Assembly (NCBI GenBank): GCA_023410875.1
Contig: JAEYPH010000036.1
Coordinates: 11-64,010 of the forward strand
Direction of reading: 5' to 3'
DNA from: Bacillota bacterium
Lineage (GTDB): Bacteria > Bacillota > Clostridia > Christensenellales > UMGS416
DNA length: 64,000 bases
Made by a program: the position numbers and the translations under genes. Shown here piece after piece: positions 1 to 6,900 of the stretch (positions are counted from its first letter, which is position 1; the number at the start of each line of letters is the position of its first letter). The notes beneath the pieces are model-generated. The model was not told the origin of the DNA, made no database searches, and saw only the letters and a program-made list of their open reading frames with translations.

Positions 1-395
1 TTGATCTCTCCAATGGCTGCATCCGGCGAGTATCCCTCTTGTCCGATTCGCCTCTCCAAATGCCGTACCAATTTGTGGTCTCGCCCTACTTTCAATCCCC
101 GCCCTTTGTTTGCTGCGCTCCTTTCCGCTTTCCGCTGCCCCACATCTGCCGCATATACCTGCTCGTCCAGGTATTCCTTTACATTCGGGTTCCGGCTCCA
201 CTTCGGGTTCTCTCGCCGGTGGACTACGCTTCCTCGCTTGATCTCTCGTTCTATCGTCCGTCTATCCCTGCCTAGTTGCTCCGCGATCTCCCTCGGCTTA
301 TGTCCTGCTGTCACCAATGCTTCTATTTCGTATCGGTCTTTTTCCTTCAGTTGCTTCCAATTTGTTCTCTCTGTGTTATGATTGTCTTGACCCAC
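1..395 (-). mobile_element. IS30-family transposase gene, N-terminal ~131 codons; ORF continues past the left window edge
   Basis: Own reverse-strand translation from GTG ~393-395 (GGAGGTG 7 nt upstream): VGQDNHNTERTNWKQLKEKDRYEIEALVTAGHKPREIAEQLGRDRRTIEREIKRGSVVHRREN...GRGLKVGRDHKLVRHLERRIGQEGYSPDAAIGEI. The HTH block (ERYEIEAL..G....EIA..LGR.RRTI.REIKRG) and the SPD..I block are typical of IS30 transposases. Absent from the ORF track because it is open at the edge. The element terminus should lie in ~396-490 but cannot be fixed from one end. Confidence 0.8.
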
Positions 396-589
396 CTTGC
401 GCCACCTCCGTTGCTTTGTTGTCTTGCAACTTCAGTGTAACGGTTTCTTGACCTTGGTGGGCCTTTTTATTTCCTCTCTGGGCATTTCATTTTACAACTT
501 GCCTTGCGCCAGCTTGTGCTGCGAGTGATCGGAGGATTGGAGGAAGATCATCTATAAACTTCAAAAGGAAGAAATTACACCTGAATGCA

Positions 590-623
590 GCAACGCCCTC
601 TCCCGGCTGGGAGAGGGCGTTGC
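590..623 (-). terminator. GC-rich hairpin downstream of the lipoprotein gene
   Basis: GCAACGCCCTCTCCC-GGCT-GGGAGAGGGCGTTGC, perfect 15-bp stem, 17 nt after the minus-strand stop at 641; moderately T-rich tail on the minus strand. Confidence 0.55.
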
Positions 624-640
624 TCGCGGATACAGCTCCG

Positions 641-1288
641 TCATTTCCCGAAGCTGATGGAATCCATGATTGCCTGGAGCTCATCCAACTCGGTATCCTC
701 TAAATACGTCAACGTAAAAAGGATCGCGTAGTTGTTCTTCAACGTGGATACCAGCTGCTGCCGGATCTCCACCCCCGAATAATCCAGCACAGCGTCTACA
801 ATGGCAAACTCTGCACCGGAGATGGTCTTGGTTTGGATGTCGCTGAAAGTGTATCCATCCATTGTTGACTGCATATTCTTTAGTGCAGCTTCCGCGTAAT
901 CGCTGCTTGTTTTAATGACCAGACTTGTGAGGCTCAGGTTTTCACACACTACATTGAGATTAGGGTTGAAGCCTTCAGCATAATCAAGCGGGTGCTTTGA
1001 AGCATAGGCAAGATAAAGCGTCTTGGCTTCAGCCAGCTTCAGTTTTTTTTCCGTTTCTTTATCATCAGAGCCTATTTCGTCCACTCCGGCTTGGAAGATT
1101 TGCTTCATTTCCTCCTTGCTGCTGATCGTCCAGTCTGCAGGCACAGTGAAGCTCATATTGAAGAAGTCGTTGGAATAGGTTGCGCCGTCAAACGCCCCTG
1201 TCGTGATCGATTTGGCCGGCCCGCAGCCTGCCAGCGTCATAATCAGTAAAGTGATTATGAACGCGATCAGAATCCGTTTTTGCTTCAT
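641..1288 (-). CDS. putative lipoprotein, function unknown
   Basis: N-terminus MKQKRILIAFIITLLIMTLAGC (signal peptide plus lipobox). The gene is visibly more A+T-rich than the rest of the window. Confidence 0.75.
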   Translation of the reverse strand: MKQKRILIAFIITLLIMTLAGCGPAKSITTGAFDGATYSNDFFNMSFTVPADWTISSKEEMKQIFQAGVDEIGSDDKETEKKLKLAEAKTLYLAYASKHPLDYAEGFNPNLNVVCENLSLTSLVIKTSSDYAEAALKNMQSTMDGYTFSDIQTKTISGAEFAIVDAVLDYSGVEIRQQLVSTLKNNYAILFTLTYLEDTELDELQAIMDSISFGK

Positions 1289-1485
1289 ACATACGCTCCT
1301 GTCTATATGGCATTATATAATTGGTATTATGTAATATTTGGACGAAAGCCATAATAATTTATACATTTTATTGCCATTGTGTCAAGGGATGAACACGTAA
1401 TTCTCTATTCTTGATGACCTGTGACATGCCCGAGGCTAAACACCTTTCTGTGTGCATAGGTATAGAGATGAAGGGGGCATGATAC

Positions 1486-2718
1486 ATGTTGGGCAGTGCG
1501 GTCATCGTTGTGGCGGAGCTGGGCGTCGGCAGACGCTTGCTGAGCATAGACAAGGGGCATCAACTGGTGGTGCGGGGCGGGGCAGACGCGCCGGTCGTCG
1601 TGGAGAGCCGGCCGGTGACGGACTTCGCCGCGGCAGTGGACCTGCAGGGCTGCCTGCACATCGTGGCATGGCTGCTCAGCCGCCACCTGATGTACTATAC
1701 ATCCACCGACGGCGCGTCCTTCTCCCGCAGCACGCTGCTGAGCGGCGACGGGCAGTTGCGCATCAAGGAGCCCATGATCTGGGCGGACAAGGCCGCCGCC
1801 GTGGCCTATCTGGCCGAGACGGAGACCACCGACACGCTGGTGTGCTACCGGGCGTCCGGCGGCAATTGGGAAGGCCGGCGGCTCTCGGAGGTGTCACTGC
1901 CTGACCGGCTGCTGCCGCTGCAGTTCGAGGGCGGGCCGGGGCTGTCGGTGATTTACAGCATATTCAGCCGCGGGCAGACCACAGTGAGCGCCCGTTCGGT
2001 GGACGGCGGCGCGCCGGAGACCATCGCGACATCCGCCGACGGCATCAGCGATTTTTGCGCTGTGACGACTGCCGGCGTGCGCCATGTGTGCTGGATGTCC
2101 AACGGGTATCTGTTTGCCGACGGTCAGGTGCTCTCCCAGGAGCCGTGGCAGCAATCCAACCCCTATCTGAAGTGGGACGGCGGCGCGCTGCAGTGCCTTT
2201 GGATGGAAAGCGGCCGCCTGTGCGGCGCCACGCTGGGCCGCCAGCGCCAGAGGCTGCAGAGCGTGGAGATCCGCAACCCGCTGCCCTGCCGGCTGGCGCT
2301 GCCGGGCGAGCTGCGCCGCGCCATTGTGGATGGCGCCACATTGCACGAGCTGTTGCTGAGCCCGCAGGAGCCGGAGCGAGGCGGGCAGTCAGCCGCCATG
2401 CCGGTGTCGCCCAGGGGGGCTGGCGCTGCTGCGCCCACGTTGACCGAGGTCGTGCGCAATCAGGCCAGCTACATGACCCGCTTGCAGGAGAGCGTGAGCG
2501 CCTTGGAACGCAACGTGTTACGACTGACCAGCGACGTAAACCGCCTCAGCCGCGAGGTGGCGGCGCTGCTGCGGGCGGACCGCACCCAGCGCGCGGCGAC
2601 CGCCGCCGTGCAGCAGAGCGAACCGGATGCTCCTGCCCAAGTCCCGGCAATCGAACCGGCGCAAGAGCCGCCGGAGCCGTCAGGATCACCTCTGGAGGAT
2701 GCACCGGCCACGGAATGA
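1486..2718 (+). CDS. uncharacterised protein: beta-rich N-terminal region, C-terminal coiled coil, acidic Pro/Glu-rich tail
   Basis: 410-aa ORF with high GC3 and GAAGGGGG upstream of the ATG. No family recognised. C-terminus LTEVVRNQASYMTRLQESVSALERNVLRLTSDVNRLSREVAALL followed by EPDAPAQVPAIEPAQEPPEPSGSPLEDAP. A hairpin plus T-run follows (~2733-2766). Confidence 0.65.
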   Translation: MLGSAVIVVAELGVGRRLLSIDKGHQLVVRGGADAPVVVESRPVTDFAAAVDLQGCLHIVAWLLSRHLMYYTSTDGASFSRSTLLSGDGQLRIKEPMIWADKAAAVAYLAETETTDTLVCYRASGGNWEGRRLSEVSLPDRLLPLQFEGGPGLSVIYSIFSRGQTTVSARSVDGGAPETIATSADGISDFCAVTTAGVRHVCWMSNGYLFADGQVLSQEPWQQSNPYLKWDGGALQCLWMESGRLCGATLGRQRQRLQSVEIRNPLPCRLALPGELRRAIVDGATLHELLLSPQEPERGGQSAAMPVSPRGAGAAAPTLTEVVRNQASYMTRLQESVSALERNVLRLTSDVNRLSREVAALLRADRTQRAATAAVQQSEPDAPAQVPAIEPAQEPPEPSGSPLEDAPATE

Positions 2719-2853
2719 CAGAATGTAAACGAAAAAGTGCCGCTGACCGGAGCGGCGCTTTTTCGTATTGGATTTTTCCGGTGACACAATTGTCATAAAA
2801 TACCATATATCGTACATGATTGACATCATTACAACATATTTACACAACACCAA

Positions 2854-2882
2854 TTGACAAAATACGGGTTCAACTGTAAGAT
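2854..2882 (+). promoter_or_regulatory. sigma-A-type promoter, TTGACA-17-TAAGAT
   Basis: TTGACA 2854-2859, 17-nt spacer, TAAGAT 2877-2882. The -10 ends 6 nt before the ATG at 2889 and there is no Shine-Dalgarno sequence in between. Confidence 0.45.
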
Positions 2883-2888
2883 CTACAC

Positions 2889-4013
2889 ATGTTTACATGC
2901 AAAAAAACCAATGCAACTTGTGGGCGCCTGGCGCTCTCCTTGCTGTTGGCGGTGACGTTGGTCTTGATCCTGGGCACTGTGCCCGCGGTTGCCGCTACCT
3001 CCATCACCTTTACCGCCACACCCACTTTATCCGGCACGGCGGTTCTTTCCCCCGGCGGCACCGACCGCATGGTGTTCCGCTACGACTATACGCTGCCAAC
3101 AGCCGGTCAGGTCACGATAGACATCAAGGTCGGCACGGTGTGGAAGGCCATCTCCAGGGTCACCCAAACCACACCCGGTACCAAGACTTCTGTGTGGAAC
3201 GGCGCAGTAGGCGGCAAAACACTGGCCGTGGGCACCTATCAGGCCCGGCTTACGATGCCCAATGGAAGCAAGACCATCCAGATCAAGATTCTCCCCAAAC
3301 CCACAGCCACGCTGGTCAGCATACAGCCCACGGCTTTCACGGCCAACGGCAGCGCTACCACGCTGATCACCGCCCGCTGGACCCAGTTGTGCGATGTGCG
3401 CATCGACGTGCTCAACGCCTTGGGGGCGCAGGTGCGCAACCTTTACAGCGTCAAAAACCGCGCCGCCAGCACGACACAGGTGTTTTGGAACGGTCGCAGC
3501 GACAAGGGGACGCTGGTGGGCGCTGGCACCTACACGGTACGCCTGATGTGTGGCGGAGCAGCGCCGGTCTATCAAAAGGTCACCGTGCGCACCCAGACCG
3601 CAGCGCCTGCCACCGCTACAGCCGCCGCAGAGCAGCAGAGCCGTCTCGTCGCGCTGGTCAACAGCGCCCGGAAAGCCAACGGATTGAGCGCGCTCACCGT
3701 GAGCAGCTCTCTTACCGCCGGGGCCCTCAAGCACAGCAAGGACATGGCGGCCAACAACTATCTCTCACATGTCTCCCCGACTTATGGCACCATGGCGGTG
3801 CGCATGAAGGCCGCCAACATCTCCTATTGGTGTGCCGGCGAGAATGTGGCCAGAACCAGCAGTGCCGATCGCGCCCATGAGCTGTTCATGGCTTCCTCCG
3901 GTCACCGCGCCAACATCCTCAAGCCCGAGTACACCCACATCGGCGTGGCCTTCGTGTGGAGCACAACAGCCGGGCAATACTACATTACCGAGTGGTTTGC
4001 GGATTTCCAGTAA
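2889..4013 (+). CDS. secreted protein, two FlgD-Ig-like domains plus C-terminal CAP/SCP (YkwD-like) domain
   Basis: Signal peptide LALSLLLAVTLVLILGTVPAVAA. Two repeats of the W.G....G..(L)..G.Y type (SVWNGAVGGKTLAVGTYQARL; VFWNGRSDKGTLVGAGTYTVRL). C-terminus LVNSARKANGLSAL...HSKDMAANNYLSHVSP...GENVA...SSGHRANILKPEYTHIGVA is typical of the CAP domain. Confidence 0.85.
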   Translation: MFTCKKTNATCGRLALSLLLAVTLVLILGTVPAVAATSITFTATPTLSGTAVLSPGGTDRMVFRYDYTLPTAGQVTIDIKVGTVWKAISRVTQTTPGTKTSVWNGAVGGKTLAVGTYQARLTMPNGSKTIQIKILPKPTATLVSIQPTAFTANGSATTLITARWTQLCDVRIDVLNALGAQVRNLYSVKNRAASTTQVFWNGRSDKGTLVGAGTYTVRLMCGGAAPVYQKVTVRTQTAAPATATAAAEQQSRLVALVNSARKANGLSALTVSSSLTAGALKHSKDMAANNYLSHVSPTYGTMAVRMKAANISYWCAGENVARTSSADRAHELFMASSGHRANILKPEYTHIGVAFVWSTTAGQYYITEWFADFQ

Positions 4014-4018
4014 TTGAA

Positions 4019-5020
4019 CTACAAACGCATCTGATGGATATAGGGAACAAAGCCCACGCTCTTCCAGAATGCCATGCCCACGGGGTTGCAGTGGAGCACA
4101 TCCAATGTTACACGGCCGTATTCATCCAAATACCCTGACTTGATTGCCAGGAAAGCAGCCTTTCCAAGCCCCAGCGCTCTGTGCTGGGGCTTTAGCATGT
4201 ATTGGCGCACATACACGCCGCCGGTCTGCGGGAGGTACAGGCAGTAGCCGGCAGCCTCCGCGTTCACCTCTATGATGACGGCACGATATTCCCCGAGCAG
4301 GAAGCCGTTCATGCGCTGGATCAACTGTTCCAGATTCATCGAGTTGTCGCTGCCCTCATCCAGGATCAGCTGTAGATTCATCTGGGCCAGCATCGGCGCA
4401 TCCTCCGCTGTGGCGGCGCGCAGCGTGAAAGGCGGCGTTGCCCGCGGCGCAAGCGCCCGCAGGCCGGCCTCATAGGCCCGGCGCAGCGCATCCTGGGGCA
4501 GGTTGGCGGGGGAGGAGATGCCCTCGGCATGCACCCGTGCGCCGCAGTGGATGCCCAGATGGCCGAAGAAGTGCTGCATCGTGTCCAGCAGGGCGTGGTT
4601 CTCCGCCGCGTTGCGGCCGGCGCGCACGGCGATGGCGATGCCCGCCTTGCCCTGGGGGAAGGCGCTGCCGCCGGGCCTGGTGTCGCACAGGGGCAGGCAG
4701 CGGTCTATGAAGGCCTTCATCTGAGCCGTCACATCGCCCCAATAGGAGGGGCTGCCCACAGCCACCACGTCGGCCTGGGCCAGCTTGCGCAGTAGAGCAG
4801 CCATATCGTCGCGCTGGGCGCAGGGCCCTTCGTCGCAGGCGTTGCAGCCCAGGCATGGCCGGATGCGCAGCGCGCCCAGATGCACGGTCTCCGGCAGGAT
4901 GCCGGCGTCGGCCAGGCCTCGGGCCGTCTCGGCCAGCAGCGCTGCGGTGCTGCCCCGGGGGTTGGGGCTGGCGCACAGCAGCAGTGCGCGCTTCATGGGG
5001 CGGGTTTGCTCCTCGCTCAT
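4019..5020 (-). CDS. fusion protein: iron-sulfur-flavoprotein-like flavodoxin-fold domain plus C-terminal GNAT acetyltransferase
   Basis: Start trimmed to MSEEQTRPMKRALLLCASPNPRGST (track ORF 4019..5230 has an implausible N-extension overlapping the upstream gene). N-domain has NADPH-FMN-reductase/Isf features including CLGCNACDEGPC (CX2CX2CX4C). C-domain (RAATAEDAPMLAQMN...YMLKPQHRALGLGKAAF...) is GNAT-like. The ATG overlaps the upstream stop (ATGA). Confidence 0.8.
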   Translation of the reverse strand: MSEEQTRPMKRALLLCASPNPRGSTAALLAETARGLADAGILPETVHLGALRIRPCLGCNACDEGPCAQRDDMAALLRKLAQADVVAVGSPSYWGDVTAQMKAFIDRCLPLCDTRPGGSAFPQGKAGIAIAVRAGRNAAENHALLDTMQHFFGHLGIHCGARVHAEGISSPANLPQDALRRAYEAGLRALAPRATPPFTLRAATAEDAPMLAQMNLQLILDEGSDNSMNLEQLIQRMNGFLLGEYRAVIIEVNAEAAGYCLYLPQTGGVYVRQYMLKPQHRALGLGKAAFLAIKSGYLDEYGRVTLDVLHCNPVGMAFWKSVGFVPYIHQMRL

Positions 5021-5967
5021 GGCTCTGTCTCCTCGCTGTCTTGCGGATGGTAATTCTCCCAGGTTTGGCGCGCCAGCTCCGCGACGCGCCGGCGCAGGTC
5101 GGGCGGCTCCAGCACCGTGAGCGCCGGGCCCAGGCCCAGCAAAAAGGAATACAGCCACTGGTTGTCCGGCCAGGCGGCCCGCACGACCAGGCAATCCTCC
5201 TGCCGCTGTATGGCAGCCTCGCCGAACCACTCGATGGCGACGCTCTCCATGGCCGTGTCGATGCGCAGCAGCATGTCCAGCGCGGCTTGCTCACCGCCGC
5301 GATCCCAGGGCAGTTCGTCCAGGTTCACGCTCAAGGGCTGGAACGTCGCGTCCAGCACCTGTGAACGGCTCATGCGGTGCAGCTTGAACAGCCGGAAATC
5401 CTGCCGCTGCGGGCACCACGCGTATAGATACCAGTTCTGCCCCTTGAGCACCACGGTGTAGGGCTGTACCGTGCGCTGGGTGCGCGCGCCGTGGGAATCG
5501 ATGTAGTCGAAGCGCACCTCCCGATGGGCGCCGACAGCCTCTCGCAGCGAGCGCACCAACGCCAGCAGGGCCCCGCCGCCCCAGGGAGTCAGGTCCAGAT
5601 ATACCTCGCGGGACTTGGCGTCCGCCGCGGCGAAATGGCGCTCGGGCAGCACGCCGCGCAGCTTTTCGCCCAGCACCGTTAGCCGGGTGTCGCTCAGCGT
5701 GGCGCTCAAGGAGCGCATGGCCGTCAGCAGCGCGGCCATGTCGTCCTGGCTCAGCAGGCCGCGCTCCAGGCGGAAGCCCTCGGCGATGCCTATGCCGCCG
5801 CCGCTGCCCTGAAAAGTTACAATGGGGATGCCGGCTTGGTTGATGGCCTCGATGTCCCGCAGGATCGTGCGCGGCGATACTTCGAAGAGCTCCGCCAGTT
5901 CCCGGGCTTGCACCCGCTGGCGGCGCAGCAGCACCAGCACGATGGACAGCAGCCGGTCAACCTTCAT
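5017..5967 (-). CDS. YafY-type HTH plus WYL-domain transcriptional regulator
   Basis: Start trimmed to MKVDRLLSIVLVLLRRQRVQARELAELFEVSPRTILRDIEAINQAGIPI (HTH). WYL domain: VRFDYIDSHGARTQRTVQPYTVVLKGQNWYLYAWCPQRQDFRLFKLHRM. Confidence 0.85.
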   Translation of the reverse strand: MKVDRLLSIVLVLLRRQRVQARELAELFEVSPRTILRDIEAINQAGIPIVTFQGSGGGIGIAEGFRLERGLLSQDDMAALLTAMRSLSATLSDTRLTVLGEKLRGVLPERHFAAADAKSREVYLDLTPWGGGALLALVRSLREAVGAHREVRFDYIDSHGARTQRTVQPYTVVLKGQNWYLYAWCPQRQDFRLFKLHRMSRSQVLDATFQPLSVNLDELPWDRGGEQAALDMLLRIDTAMESVAIEWFGEAAIQRQEDCLVVRAAWPDNQWLYSFLLGLGPALTVLEPPDLRRRVAELARQTWENYHPQDSEETEP

Positions 5968-6769
5968 GGGCGTGCTCCCGCAGCCAGCGCACGGCAAAAT
6001 CCACCAGCGGCCGCATGCGCAGCAGCCGGCATTGTGCCCGCGCCACGGTAGCCAGCGTGACACCGCCGGTCGCCTCGAAGGCCTCGCCGATGGCCTGGAA
6101 GGGATCGTCGTCGAAGTCGATGTCGTCATACCACCGCCACACGCGACGGCCGTCCTGCGTCACCGGCGCGCCCTCGCGCACCGCCGGGCGCACGCTGGCA
6201 CGATACTCGGCCAGATGCAGCGACGTGCAGTGGCCGTAATCGCTGCCCAGCAGCAGCACCCAGCCGTCCAGCTCATACAGCCGCCCCAGGGGAGAGTTTT
6301 CACCCAGGCTGAAGTCGATCTCGTGTCCTTGGGTCAGCCCCTCCGACTGGGCGCCCCAGGCGCAGAAGCTGACCGCCGGGTGCGCCGAGCGTCGCACGCC
6401 GGGGAAGGTGCGAAACAGCTCCGGCACGATGCCGATGCCGCGGGTGGGCGTGATCTGCGGGTCGTAGGCCGGCATTGTGTCGCGTATTGTCTGCTGCCAA
6501 GCTGGCGGCACCGGAGGGTTGCACCACTTGGCCGGGTCGCTCAAGTCGCCGCTGTGGGCGGGCATCATCAGCGTGCCCTGGGGCCCTGCGGCGTCCATGA
6601 GCGCCTGTATCAGCGCCACGGCGCCGCCGCACACCCAGCCCAGGCTGGAAAGCCTTGTATGCACCAGTACCGTTTGGCCCGGCAGGCCCATGCGGAGAAG
6701 CTCCTGCGCCAGCGATTGCCGCGTAGCGGGGGATGCGGTGTTTTCAATCAGCTCATGTTCTCTGGACAT
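5957..6769 (-). CDS. AAC(3)-family aminoglycoside N3-acetyltransferase-like protein
   Basis: Start trimmed to MSREHELIE (AAAGAGGTAACC before the ATG). VLVHTRLSSLGWVCGGAVALIQALMDAAGPQGTLMMPAHSGD...FCAWG...GHCTSLHLAEYR matches the AAC(3)/Antibiotic_NAT family pattern. Overlaps the WYL gene start by 11 nt. Confidence 0.85.
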   Translation of the reverse strand: MSREHELIENTASPATRQSLAQELLRMGLPGQTVLVHTRLSSLGWVCGGAVALIQALMDAAGPQGTLMMPAHSGDLSDPAKWCNPPVPPAWQQTIRDTMPAYDPQITPTRGIGIVPELFRTFPGVRRSAHPAVSFCAWGAQSEGLTQGHEIDFSLGENSPLGRLYELDGWVLLLGSDYGHCTSLHLAEYRASVRPAVREGAPVTQDGRRVWRWYDDIDFDDDPFQAIGEAFEATGGVTLATVARAQCRLLRMRPLVDFAVRWLREHAHEG

Positions 6770-6793
6770 GGTTACCTCTTTCGTTTTGCATTC

Positions 6794-6821
6794 ATTATAC
6801 AGAATACAAAACAACATGCAA
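6794..6821 (-). promoter_or_regulatory. sigma-A-type promoter of the AAC(3)-WYL-Isf::GNAT operon, TTGCAT-16-TATAAT
   Basis: Minus strand reads TTGCATgttgttttgtattctgTATAAT about 25 nt upstream of the AAC(3) start. The -35 lies inside one copy of a tandem 13-mer (see findings). Confidence 0.5.
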
Positions 6822-6840
6822 ACCAACAACATGCAAAGGA

Positions 6841-6870
6841 AACCGCCGCAAGCTTGTGCTTACGGCGGTT
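6841..6870 (-). terminator. hairpin after the substrate-binding protein gene
   Basis: AACCGCCGCAAGC-TTGT-GCTTACGGCGGTT (one mismatch), about 30 nt downstream of the stop at 6901; weak T-tail. Confidence 0.45.
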
Positions 6871-6900
6871 CTGTGCGTTGGGATTGGTTTTGGCTTTGCC

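Noticed and set aside
1310-1337. dif-like sequence (GCATTATATAA-TTGGTA-TTATGTAATAT) beside the accessory patch.
   Set aside because: Only the XerD-side arm resembles the Firmicute dif (TTATGTAAACT, 8/11). The other arm matches about 6/11. This is an A+T-rich promoter region where such partial matches are expected.
5020-6129. N-terminal extensions of track ORFs: 4019..5230, 5017..6129, 5957..6832, 16365..18074, 17962..19770, 23982..25625, 43579..44964, 45930..46967, 49072..50601 and others.
   Set aside because: The extensions overlap the preceding gene, are Arg/Pro/Gly-rich, and lack an RBS. Internal starts coincide with family-typical N-termini and good Shine-Dalgarno sequences, so I trimmed them.
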